Of a stretch of 64,000 nt of DNA, positions 26,049 to 34,409 are shown one piece after another; position 1 is the first letter of the stretch; every line of letters begins with the position of its first letter. The translations under genes and the position numbers were made by a program. The stretch spans positions 27,919-91,918 of the forward strand of contig SBGQ01000174.1 in assembly GCA_006226965.1 (NCBI GenBank). The letters are read 5' to 3'. The notes beneath the pieces are model-generated. The model was given only the letters and a program-made list of their open reading frames with translations, did no database searches and had not been told where the DNA came from. Origin of the DNA: a bacterium. Its GTDB lineage: Bacteria > Bacteroidota > Rhodothermia > Balneolales > M1805.

Positions 26049-27215
26049 ATGAAACCATCCAATCAAAACAATTCATCAAAACTGCGTGACTCCGGAAAAC
26101 TAAGCATTGAAGCCATACTTGCCATAACCGATTTGGTTGAGGAAATACACACAAGCCTTTCACTTACAAAACAAAAAAAAGGTGGAATCAGCGGGTTTGT
26201 GTATTGGTTGATTCGATTCATAACAAAGGCCGTTGGATTGGGAGTGGATTCACTGTTACGAAATCTTGAGCATCAATTTGATGGCATACCTACTGAACAA
26301 TTTCAAGGTGTTTCTCCAAGTAATCAAGCAGTATTATCGGCATTAAATGGAGTTTTAGGAGATTATCTTTTTGATCGAAACAGTGCTTTGGCTATTCCAA
26401 TGCAACTGGAAAAAGTGGAAAAAAATTCAGCTACGATAATTTTGTGGGTTCACGGCTTGTGCATGAATGCAAACCAATGGAATCGAAATAATGTGGATTT
26501 TCGAAGTGTTGTTCATCAAAATTTGGGGTTTTCCAACTGGAGTTTAACCTACAATACAGGTCGGCATATTTCGGAAAACGGCAAAGAATTAAGTTTTTTA
26601 TTGGAAAAGGAATTTCTAAATAATCCAGAGCTTGAAACCATGTCCATTGTGGCTCATTCCATGGGTGGATTAGTAATTCGAAGTGCCGTGTTTTATGCTG
26701 ATAAGTTGGGTCACAGTTGGTTAAAAAAACTCAAAAAGGTGATATTTCTTGGAACACCGCATCATGGCTCCCCTTTGGAAAAAGCAGGCAATTGGTTCGA
26801 AAATTTGCTTACTAAAACAGAATACACCAAAGCTTTTGCAAAACTTGGAACCGTTCGAAGCTCCGGCATCACCGACTTACGATTTGGCAACCTCACCGAC
26901 CAAGATTGGATGTATAACAATCGTTTTAAACGAGCCCACGACCCAAGAAATCCAATTCCCCTAGTACCGTCAATAGCATGGTATGCCGTGGCTGGCAGTA
27001 TAACGCAAACGGCTAATCAGGTCGGAGATTTTTTTCCCGGCGATGGGCTCGTTCCCGTTAAGAGTGCTATGGGAATTTCTACATATGATCGTTATACCTT
27101 AGTCTTTAAACCGGAAAACACGTTTATCGCTCGTGGTGTTGGTCATTTCGATTTATTGTGTGATGAAAAGATTGCTGAAAAAGTACTTATGTGGCTAGAA
27201 GAAGCATCAGTTTAA
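26049..27215 (+). CDS. Alpha/beta-fold hydrolase (esterase/lipase-like, PGAP1/DUF676-like)
   Basis: Nucleophile elbow AHSMGG (GxSxG) followed by GTPHHGSPLE. 388 aa with no signal peptide. Confidence 0.65.
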   Translation: MKPSNQNNSSKLRDSGKLSIEAILAITDLVEEIHTSLSLTKQKKGGISGFVYWLIRFITKAVGLGVDSLLRNLEHQFDGIPTEQFQGVSPSNQAVLSALNGVLGDYLFDRNSALAIPMQLEKVEKNSATIILWVHGLCMNANQWNRNNVDFRSVVHQNLGFSNWSLTYNTGRHISENGKELSFLLEKEFLNNPELETMSIVAHSMGGLVIRSAVFYADKLGHSWLKKLKKVIFLGTPHHGSPLEKAGNWFENLLTKTEYTKAFAKLGTVRSSGITDLRFGNLTDQDWMYNNRFKRAHDPRNPIPLVPSIAWYAVAGSITQTANQVGDFFPGDGLVPVKSAMGISTYDRYTLVFKPENTFIARGVGHFDLLCDEKIAEKVLMWLEEASV

Positions 27216-27222
27216 CGATTTC

Positions 27223-27251
27223 AAAAAAAAGGCTGAGTTTCCTCAGCCTTT
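27223..27251. terminator. Intrinsic terminator hairpin AAAAAAGGCTGAG-TTTC-CTCAGCCTTT, copy 1
   Basis: An 8-bp GC-rich stem flanked by an A-run on one side and T residues on the other. The T-run is strongest on the minus strand, so it ends the 27355-29547 operon. An identical 27-mer lies at 29595-29621. Confidence 0.6.
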
Positions 27252-27354
27252 GGGTCTATTAATTTTCAAATTCATGTTTTTTGAGAATGGGAATCAATAA
27301 CATATCTGAAATTGTCGTCAAATCGCCCGAAATACTCCGTTATTAATTAGCATT

Positions 27355-27996
27355 TCAAAAAGAGTAAGTCATTCCTGCCATTAACGACAATGTAATAAAA
27401 TGTTGATTGTAATCAGATAAATTACGCCCCCGAGCATCATACAATAAGCCGTATAAATACCTGACTTTTAAACCAACATAAACCTTCTGATTCTCAATAA
27501 CATGTTGCAGATATGCTGTTCCAGCGTAGCCTACATTAAGAGCCATCAAGCGATCTTCCAAAAAAAAGTCACTACGATTGTATTTAACCGTTCTATTTAC
27601 AATTGACAAAGATGGTCCATGACCAATAGATACAGACTTTTTCCACTCTTTGATAAACAAAACATCGATTGTATTAAACATCAACGACTCATATAAATTA
27701 ATAGTTCCTATATTAACCATTCTTTCGTCTGTAATTGGAATTTTATCAGCAACAATCTTACTGTAAACAAACGAATAATCGAATTGAATTGGCTGGTTAT
27801 AAGCCCTATCTTTTAAAAAACTAATATCAAAACCATAGTTAATAATAAAATTGCCTGTTTTCGTTATCGGTTTAAAATTTTCAGAGTTCAGGATAAATAA
27901 ACCAGCGTTGGGGCCGACTTGCAATTGGCTTTGGGCTGACACAGCAGACACCCCCATGAGCAATAAAAACAATAAATTAAATGTATTTTTTTTCAT
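27355..27996 (-). CDS. Putative outer-membrane beta-barrel protein
   Basis: Signal peptide (AVSA|Q), an alternating amphipathic beta-strand pattern, and a C-terminal aromatic residue (..GMTYSF). Its start overlaps the upstream gene by 4 nt. Confidence 0.5.
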   Translation of the reverse strand: MKKNTFNLLFLLLMGVSAVSAQSQLQVGPNAGLFILNSENFKPITKTGNFIINYGFDISFLKDRAYNQPIQFDYSFVYSKIVADKIPITDERMVNIGTINLYESLMFNTIDVLFIKEWKKSVSIGHGPSLSIVNRTVKYNRSDFFLEDRLMALNVGYAGTAYLQHVIENQKVYVGLKVRYLYGLLYDARGRNLSDYNQHFITLSLMAGMTYSF

Positions 27997-28325
27997 GGTT
28001 GATAATTAATCAAAATCATTCTTATTACTTGAACTTCTGAAACACTATTTGCAGTTCTACCCGTGTATAATTTACAAAAATAGACCCCTTCAATCAGGTC
28101 TGATGAATCTATTTCTATCGTATGTTGTCCAGCAGACAAAGGCTTATTTTCAATCACAGTTTGCACAATAGTACCATAGGAATTTTCAACTGTTACGGTA
28201 ACATAACTATTAGATTGAATAATGAATCCCACCATTATTCTTATGTCTTCCATAGAATCCATACTTGTTGATCTACAGGATGATAACACCATCATAAATA
28301 ATAAACCGTAAAGAACTTGTTTCAT
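27993..28325 (-). CDS. Small lipoprotein-like protein consisting essentially of a T9SS-type C-terminal sorting domain
   Basis: The internal start MKQVLYGLLFMMVLSSC is preferred because the longer ORF overlaps the upstream gene. The remainder (VTVENSYGTIVQTVIENKPLSAGQHTIEIDSSDLIEGVYFCKLY...) follows the T9SS CTD pattern. Confidence 0.45.
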   Translation of the reverse strand: MKQVLYGLLFMMVLSSCRSTSMDSMEDIRIMVGFIIQSNSYVTVTVENSYGTIVQTVIENKPLSAGQHTIEIDSSDLIEGVYFCKLYTGRTANSVSEVQVIRMILINYQP

Positions 28326-28359
28326 AAAAACCCTATTTAACTTTAGAATCCGATAAAAT

Positions 28360-28875
28360 TTAGTAATGCGGATTTGCACCTATCTCTGATTTTTTCAATT
28401 TCTCTTCAAAAAATTGAACCCTGACAGAATCCGCCTTTCCATACTTATACATCCACGCATTTTGATATATACCGTCTTTTTCGTGATAGTTTACAAATAG
28501 CCCTACCTCATCTTTAACTTGATATTTAACATAGACTTTAAGTGGGGATAAAATAACCTTCTCAAACTTGGCATTTGTATCCAGATTCTTTATTGAAGCC
28601 TCCCAATCTGTTAAGAATTCATCAAATGGTTTATTGGAAAAATGAACCCACTGCTGATATAACTCAGTCCAATTAGTTAAGCTCTCATGTTTTCTTACTG
28701 CTTCTGCGATATATCCGGAAGGAGATTGCTGCATATTTACCAATTTCCAACTATAAGTCGTGTCTTCTAAAACAACAAATGGTAATGTTTTCGTCGGCGT
28801 TGGAACATATTGAGTTGGTACACAAAACTGAATTAAAATTATACCTGTAATAAAAAGAAGTTTTTTCATAATCAT
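28360..28875 (-). CDS. Secreted hypothetical protein
   Basis: N-terminal hydrophobic signal (MKKLLFITGIILIQFC). No family recognised. Its start directly abuts the stop of the upstream gene. Confidence 0.45.
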   Translation of the reverse strand: MIMKKLLFITGIILIQFCVPTQYVPTPTKTLPFVVLEDTTYSWKLVNMQQSPSGYIAEAVRKHESLTNWTELYQQWVHFSNKPFDEFLTDWEASIKNLDTNAKFEKVILSPLKVYVKYQVKDEVGLFVNYHEKDGIYQNAWMYKYGKADSVRVQFFEEKLKKSEIGANPHY

Positions 28876-29547
28876 TTAATCATTATTTAATGAAAATTGT
28901 ATCAATTTATTTAATTCTTTATCAAGCAATGAGCTATCAGCGTTAACTGCTTTTTCGTAGGAGGTTTCTGCCTGCTTATATTCTCCTAAATAATATAGCG
29001 CCCAAGCTTTTTTGATATTCAAACCCCCATTTAAGGAATCAACTGCAAGTCCAAAGTTAACAACTGAATCAGCTTTTATTGCATATTTAACGGAATCTGT
29101 TTGACTTCTCAATGCCAAAAACATTTCAGACCAATCTCTAAAAAATGACGGGTGTTCATTTCCGAATGAATGTGATTTTTTAAAATAATGCTTAGAGCTT
29201 TCGAATTTACCTTTTGTAGCTTCAACAACAGCAAAACCCCAGTACGACCACGAATACGTTGAATCACATAACCAACCTTGATTAAAGCGAAACATTGCAT
29301 GTTCAATATCTTTTTGGTAATAATAATACCATCCGGCACTAACTAATTCTTCACTAGCTTCCCTCATACTCGAATACGACTTTTTCATATCCGCCAGAAA
29401 AATCATATCAACTCTTTTTTCCCAAGCATCTTTTTTAACATTTCCGTATTCAGGAAAATGATTCAACATAACAGTTCTTTGAGCACCAACACAATAAGTA
29501 AGGCCAACGGCTACAATACTGATTAATAACATTCTTGAAATTTTCAT
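28876..29547 (-). CDS. Secreted TPR-like protein
   Basis: The internal start MKISRMLLISIVAVGLTYCVGA|Q is preferred. TPR-like helical repeats are present (AWALYYLGEYKQAETSYEKAVNAD). Confidence 0.5.
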   Translation of the reverse strand: MKISRMLLISIVAVGLTYCVGAQRTVMLNHFPEYGNVKKDAWEKRVDMIFLADMKKSYSSMREASEELVSAGWYYYYQKDIEHAMFRFNQGWLCDSTYSWSYWGFAVVEATKGKFESSKHYFKKSHSFGNEHPSFFRDWSEMFLALRSQTDSVKYAIKADSVVNFGLAVDSLNGGLNIKKAWALYYLGEYKQAETSYEKAVNADSSLLDKELNKLIQFSLNND

Positions 29548-29594
29548 AACGTAAATTACAAGAAATGAGCAAGAATTCATTTATATAAGTAAAC

Positions 29595-29621
29595 AAAAAA
29601 GGCTGAGTTTCCTCAGCCTTT
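29595..29621 (-). terminator. Intrinsic terminator of glyQS, hairpin copy 2, identical to 27225-27251
   Basis: AAAAAAGGCTGAGTTTCCTCAGCCTTT. On the minus strand the stem is followed by TTTTTTGTTT, 8 nt after the glyQS stop. Confidence 0.65.
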
Positions 29622-29628
29622 CACTTAA

Positions 29629-31086
29629 TCAATCTTCCGGAGTCCAATTTTTAATCTTGGTTCGGATGTAATTTTCTAAATGATCTACTCCCACACGTTC
29701 TTGCTGCATGGTATCACGATCACGAACAGTTACTGTATTATCAGCTAAACCGTCAAAATCTACAGTTACGCAATACGGTGTTCCGCCTTCATCAAATCGG
29801 CGATAACGTTTACCAACAGAGCCTTTTTCATCAAACTGAACTTTAAACGACTCACTCAAGTCTTTGCGAATTTTCTCGCCAACCTGCATCAATTCATCTT
29901 TTTTGATGAGCGGTAAAACACCAACCGTTACTGGCGCTAATTTTGGGTGCATTTTAAGCACAACACGTGTTTCGCCTTCAAGTTCTTCTTCACGGTACGC
30001 ATCACAAAGAACCATTAAACAGCTTCTATCCAAACCAACGGAAGTTTCGATAACATAAGGAGTGTAACGCTCGTTGGCTTGCGGATCGAAATATTCCATT
30101 TTCTTACCGCTGAATTGGGAATGCTGACTCAAGTCGAAATCGGTACGGTTATGAATACCTTCAATTTCCTGCCATCCGATTGGAAATTTGTATTGAATAT
30201 CTACCGCAGCTTTTGCATAATGTGCCAATTTATCATGCGGATGATCCATAAAACGCAAGTTAGAACGGCGAATTCCATTTCCGACATGATAGTTGATGCG
30301 TTCTTCTTTCCACGCTTCGTAAGCATCCATATCCGTTCCCGGTTTCACGAAATATTGCATTTCCATTTGTTCGAACTCGCGCATACGAAACACAAACTGA
30401 CGAGCAACAATCTCATTTCTAAACGCTTTACCGATTTGAGCAATACCAAACGGAATTGCCTGACGTGAAGTTTGCTGTACGTTCAAAAAGTTCACAAAAA
30501 TACCTTGTGCCGTTTCCGGGCGGAGATACACAATGCTGTCTTCATCGTTTGAAGCAACAGCACCAAACTGAGTTTTAAACATCAGGTTAAACTGGCGAAC
30601 CTCAGTCCAATCGAACGAACCGGAAGCCGGAGATTTAATTTGTTCATCCAAAATAATTTGATACAAATCCTTTGCCATGGTTGAACGTGTTCCGGCTGTA
30701 TCTAAAAGATGTTGAACGGTATCAGCTTTATCTTTTTCGCCTTTTTCTTCTAATTTTGCGATGTGCATTTCAATCAAATGGTCGGCACGATAACGCATTT
30801 TAGATACTTTATCGTCAATCATCGGGTCGTTGAACGATGCTACGTGTCCGCTTGCTTCCCAAGTTTTGGGGTGCATCAAAATGGCAGCATCAATCCCTTC
30901 GATATTATCATGCTTTTGAGTCATAGCTTTCCACCATTCGCCGCTCACTCTGCGCTTTAATTCAACGCCAAGCGGACCGTAATCGTAAGTAGCTGCTAAT
31001 CCGCCATAAATTTCTGATGATTGAAAAATAAATCCTCTGCGTTTGCTCAGGGTGATAATCGTATCGAGGCTTTTAAGTTCTGCCAT
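29629..31086 (-). CDS. glyQS: Glycine--tRNA ligase (homodimeric class II type)
   Basis: [40 protein letters not shown] is a typical GlyRS N-terminus. Class II motif 2 region: [27 protein letters not shown]. The ATG at 31086 is preferred; the track ORF carries a 41-aa non-homologous extension. Confidence 0.9.
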   Translation of the reverse strand: MAELKSLDTIITLSKRRGFIFQSSEIYGGLAATYDYGPLGVELKRRVSGEWWKAMTQKHDNIEGIDAAILMHPKTWEASGHVASFNDPMIDDKVSKMRYRADHLIEMHIAKLEEKGEKDKADTVQHLLDTAGTRSTMAKDLYQIILDEQIKSPASGSFDWTEVRQFNLMFKTQFGAVASNDEDSIVYLRPETAQGIFVNFLNVQQTSRQAIPFGIAQIGKAFRNEIVARQFVFRMREFEQMEMQYFVKPGTDMDAYEAWKEERINYHVGNGIRRSNLRFMDHPHDKLAHYAKAAVDIQYKFPIGWQEIEGIHNRTDFDLSQHSQFSGKKMEYFDPQANERYTPYVIETSVGLDRSCLMVLCDAYREEELEGETRVVLKMHPKLAPVTVGVLPLIKKDELMQVGEKIRKDLSESFKVQFDEKGSVGKRYRRFDEGGTPYCVTVDFDGLADNTVTVRDRDTMQQERVGVDHLENYIRTKIKNWTPED

Positions 31087-31263
31087 ATAGGGTTGATGTA
31101 AGTCGTTTATGTTAAAAAAGTTTGAATTGATACCGAATAGGTACATGCAATAAAAACAGTGAACTAAATTGCATGAAATTCGGCTAAACAAGTGCGCAAA
31201 AATAGGCAATACAAGCCAAATAAGTGAAAGAATGTTTGGGATAGGAACTAAATGTCTCTTATT

Positions 31264-31581
31264 TCAAGACCGTTTATAAAACACTTTGCCAACTCGGTTA
31301 ATGTGATCGATAAGTGATTCGTTTTCCAATCGATTAAAAATGGAAACATCCACATAGTATGGTAAATAGGAATCATCTAATGCAGTTTGAATTTTTAGTA
31401 AATCAGCGAAACTCAAGTTTTCTCCTTTTAGGGTGATATCGATGTCAGATCCTTCTCGATAAGTCCCCATTGCTCGAGAGCCATAAATTATTGCTTCATC
31501 AACCGATGAATTTGATGATAGAATATCTTCTAGAATAGAAACAGATTGGTCACTTAACCCAAAATCGTGAGTCACTATCAA
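31264..31581 (-). CDS. Minimal nucleotidyltransferase (MNT/MntA-like antitoxin of a HEPN-MNT module)
   Basis: GSRAMGTYREGSDIDI matches the G-S-x(n)-D-x-D NTase motif. 105 aa. It overlaps the upstream HEPN gene by 4 nt. Confidence 0.8.
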   Translation of the reverse strand: MIVTHDFGLSDQSVSILEDILSSNSSVDEAIIYGSRAMGTYREGSDIDITLKGENLSFADLLKIQTALDDSYLPYYVDVSIFNRLENESLIDHINRVGKVFYKRS

Positions 31582-32042
31582 AACAACTCCGTTTGATCAT
31601 CGTTTATTGACAGTTTACCTATCATAACTCTTTCAAATGCTTCAAATTCAGGAAAGTAAGAATGAATAATATCCAAAAATATTTCATCAGCAGTACTTTT
31701 GTCGTAGGTATGTGAAGTCAAATTTCGACTTGCAATCATTTGCATCCACACATCTCCTGATCCAATTAGACCAATACTAAACGCTTCACGCGTTGCATCT
31801 TTAGATCCGGTAACACTTGAATTACCTTGAGATTGGGCAAAATCTTTAATCACTTTCCAAGCTAGTTCATGTGTATACTCAAATCGCTGAATTAGCCCTT
31901 CCATCTCTAAATCCGTTAATTGGTCATTTAATTCATTTTCTTTTTCTGTAAAATCCAGCCCTATTACTACTTCTCTAAGTTTAGCAAGAGCTTTTCTGTA
32001 ATTAGAGAATCGTTGCTCCCACCGAATATCTTTAGTTGACAT
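31578..32042 (-). CDS. HEPN-domain protein, HI0074-type nucleotidyltransferase substrate-binding subunit (HepT-like toxin)
   Basis: R-x4-H motif (RNLTSH) near the C-terminus. N-terminus is WEQRFSNYRKALAKL. 154 aa. Paired with the MNT gene. Confidence 0.8.
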   Translation of the reverse strand: MSTKDIRWEQRFSNYRKALAKLREVVIGLDFTEKENELNDQLTDLEMEGLIQRFEYTHELAWKVIKDFAQSQGNSSVTGSKDATREAFSIGLIGSGDVWMQMIASRNLTSHTYDKSTADEIFLDIIHSYFPEFEAFERVMIGKLSINDDQTELF

Positions 32043-32223
32043 AAATAGTATTTATTTCAATTTTGAAAGAATATACAATTCTGATATATCAGCTTCCCAA
32101 TCAAATTCAACATTCCTCATTTTTCCGTAAATTCAGCTCTAACCGCGTTTAAAACGGATTTTTCTTCCCTTATTTATTCAGCGAATCATCAATCATACTC
32201 GTATCAACCAAAAAACATCGTTC

Positions 32224-33285
32224 ATGAAAACCCAGTATTCAGTTGGCATTTTGGGCGCAACAGGCGCCGTTGGACAAAAATTTATTCGTTTATTAGAAAA
32301 TCACCCTTGGTTCACCATTAAAGCTTTAGGAGCCTCTGAGCGCTCAGCCGGAAAAACATACGCAGAAGCCGCCAATTGGATTGAAGCTGTTCCTTGTCCA
32401 GGCACTATTAAAAACATGACTGTTGCAGCTTGTGATCCTGAGTTTTTCAAAGGTATTGATTTTGTGTTCTCCGGTTTAGATTCATCCGTAGCAACCGAAG
32501 TGGAAGGAGCATTTGCCGCTGCCGGGATTCCGGTTATATCAAACGCAAAAAATTATCGCACCGGAAAATATGTCCCATTATTGGTTCCCGAAGTGAACCC
32601 CGACCATATCCATTCTATTAAGCAACAAACGTACGATCCTAGTGGGAAAGGTTTTATTGTAACGAACCCGAATTGTGTTACGGTTCCTTTAGTTATGGCT
32701 TTGAAACCGTTACAAGAAGCGTTTGGAATCAACTACGTTATTTTAACTTCTATGCAAGCTGTTTCCGGCGCTGGTTATCCCGGCGTACCATCTCTTGACA
32801 TCATGGGAAATATTGTTCCTTTTATTAGTGGCGAAGAACCAAAAATCGCTTCTGAACCTTTAAAATTATTGGGGGAATTGCAATCTGACGGAACTGTTAA
32901 AGACGCTTCATTCCCTGTTCAAGCCACTGCTGTTCGCGTTCCGGTTTTAGAAGGTCATTTATTAAGCGTTTCTGTTTCGCTTAAAAACAAACCTGCTTCA
33001 ATTGAAGAAGTGGAAGCAGTTTGGAATAACTGGAAGAATCCATTGGCAGAATTAAACTTGCCTTTCGCCCCTGAAAAACCGATTGTGGTAACTAAAGAAG
33101 ACCGTTATCCGCAACCTCGTCTTCATTCTTATGATGAAAACGGCATGAGAACTACAATTGGTCGTGCTCGTTTGACTACCATTACTGACCTTTCTTTTGT
33201 GGCACTTGCACACAATACAGTTCGTGGTGCAGCTGGCGGCGCTATTCTCAACGCAGAATTACTGGTAAAAGAAGGTTATTTATAA
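32224..33285 (+). CDS. asd: Aspartate-semialdehyde dehydrogenase
   Basis: ILGATGAVGQ Rossmann motif, NPNC active-site cysteine context, and SGAGYPG. 353 aa. Confidence 0.9.
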   Translation: MKTQYSVGILGATGAVGQKFIRLLENHPWFTIKALGASERSAGKTYAEAANWIEAVPCPGTIKNMTVAACDPEFFKGIDFVFSGLDSSVATEVEGAFAAAGIPVISNAKNYRTGKYVPLLVPEVNPDHIHSIKQQTYDPSGKGFIVTNPNCVTVPLVMALKPLQEAFGINYVILTSMQAVSGAGYPGVPSLDIMGNIVPFISGEEPKIASEPLKLLGELQSDGTVKDASFPVQATAVRVPVLEGHLLSVSVSLKNKPASIEEVEAVWNNWKNPLAELNLPFAPEKPIVVTKEDRYPQPRLHSYDENGMRTTIGRARLTTITDLSFVALAHNTVRGAAGGAILNAELLVKEGYL

Positions 33286-33305
33286 GCTGATTCATCTCAG
33301 GTTAT

Positions 33306-33345
33306 TGAAACAAAAAAGGCGCGAATGAGCGCCTTTTTTGTTTCA
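33306..33345. terminator. Bidirectional intrinsic terminator between asd (+) and the barrel gene (-)
   Basis: GAAACAAAAAAGGCGC-GAATGA-GCGCCTTTTTTGTTTC, a 16-nt perfect inverted repeat with A and T runs on both sides. Confidence 0.7.
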
Positions 33346-33369
33346 ATGGTTACTTACAATTTTTACAAA

Positions 33370-34041
33370 TCAAAAACTATACAGATAAGCAACACTTACA
33401 CCAAAAATATCAAAATCCACTATATATGGAAAGTCTCCATCCACCCTTGCGTCATATCCAGTAGTAACACCAACCCTAAATAGACTATTGTTAAATTTTA
33501 AGTAAGGATGAAAACTTATTCGAACATAATTATAATAATCATATGGATCGAATGGATCGAACCCTTTATTTGCACCATTGATGCTAATACCAATTTGATT
33601 TACCATCAATACTCCCCAAGACTGATTTGAAAAAATCTTCCAGTAAATACCAAGTCCTCCTCCTTTGCTATTTGCAACTAGACCATCTTCATCTTTATTC
33701 GTAAAGTATGACCTAGAGTATTGTACATCGGCTGATAATCCAATAGGTAAATTCCAAGTATCCTTATCCTTTATTAATAGATAGGATAAATTCCCGCCAA
33801 CCGTGTAATATGGGCCTAAACTATAAGCCATATTTGAATTACCTGTTTCTCCATAATACAATGAAAAATCCCACCTGTTAAAAGCATAGCCCAACCCAAC
33901 AATTTGGGTTTCAGCAAAATTCATATTCATTTTGCCAGCCTCTACATACAATGCATTTTTATAATTAGACAAAAACACATGTTGTGCAAATAAATTTGAA
34001 CTAACAAATGAAAACCCAAGTAGGATGAATAATTTTAGCAT
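33370..34041 (-). CDS. Putative outer-membrane beta-barrel protein
   Basis: Signal peptide (NLFA|Q), alternating beta-strand pattern rich in Y/G, and C-terminal ..AYLYSF. Confidence 0.5.
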   Translation of the reverse strand: MLKLFILLGFSFVSSNLFAQHVFLSNYKNALYVEAGKMNMNFAETQIVGLGYAFNRWDFSLYYGETGNSNMAYSLGPYYTVGGNLSYLLIKDKDTWNLPIGLSADVQYSRSYFTNKDEDGLVANSKGGGLGIYWKIFSNQSWGVLMVNQIGISINGANKGFDPFDPYDYYNYVRISFHPYLKFNNSLFRVGVTTGYDARVDGDFPYIVDFDIFGVSVAYLYSF

Positions 34042-34154
34042 AGCTTACCCTTATTTATTTTTAAACCGGACCAAAATATAGGAATCAAACAAATAGAAAC
34101 GCATTACCACAAACAAAAAAAGTCTTACAAGTATTTCACTCATAAGACTTTGCG

Positions 34155-34238
34155 TGCCCTGGACTGGACTCGAACCAGCATGCCGTTTCCAGCACCACCC
34201 CCTCAAGATGGCGTGTCTACCAATTTCACCACCAGGGC
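34155..34238 (-). tRNA. tRNA-Leu (anticodon GAG), type II with long variable arm; CCA not encoded
   Basis: I folded it manually. Acceptor GCCCTGG/CCAGGGC. D arm GTG-AAATTGGTAGA-CAC. Anticodon stem CCATC/GGTGG with loop TTGAGGG. Long variable arm. T arm GCTGG-TTCGAGT-CCAGT. Discriminator A. Confidence 0.85.
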
Positions 34239-34409
34239 TCTTGAAAAAAGGAACGCAAAAATACAGTGAAATTTTGTTTTTCACAATAGCCCACCACACT
34301 CTTTCAGTCTTGCCTATCTGCGTATTTCTCTTAAAAATCACAATCTTGGCTTGGTTTTTGTCCACTATTCTCTAAATAGTTATAAAGTCGTTATTTAAAC
34401 TTCAGAATT

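Noticed and set aside
31087-31209. 41-aa N-terminal extension of the glyQS ORF
   Set aside because: The extension ([23 protein letters not shown]...) is Cys/Phe-rich and unlike any GlyRS. The conserved GlyRS N-terminus begins at MAELKSLD (ATG at 31086).
34051-34375. Two ORFs (104 aa minus strand, 73 aa plus strand) spanning the tRNA region
   Set aside because: Both overlap a well-folding tRNA-Leu(GAG) at 34155-34238. ORFs running through a tRNA are almost certainly spurious.
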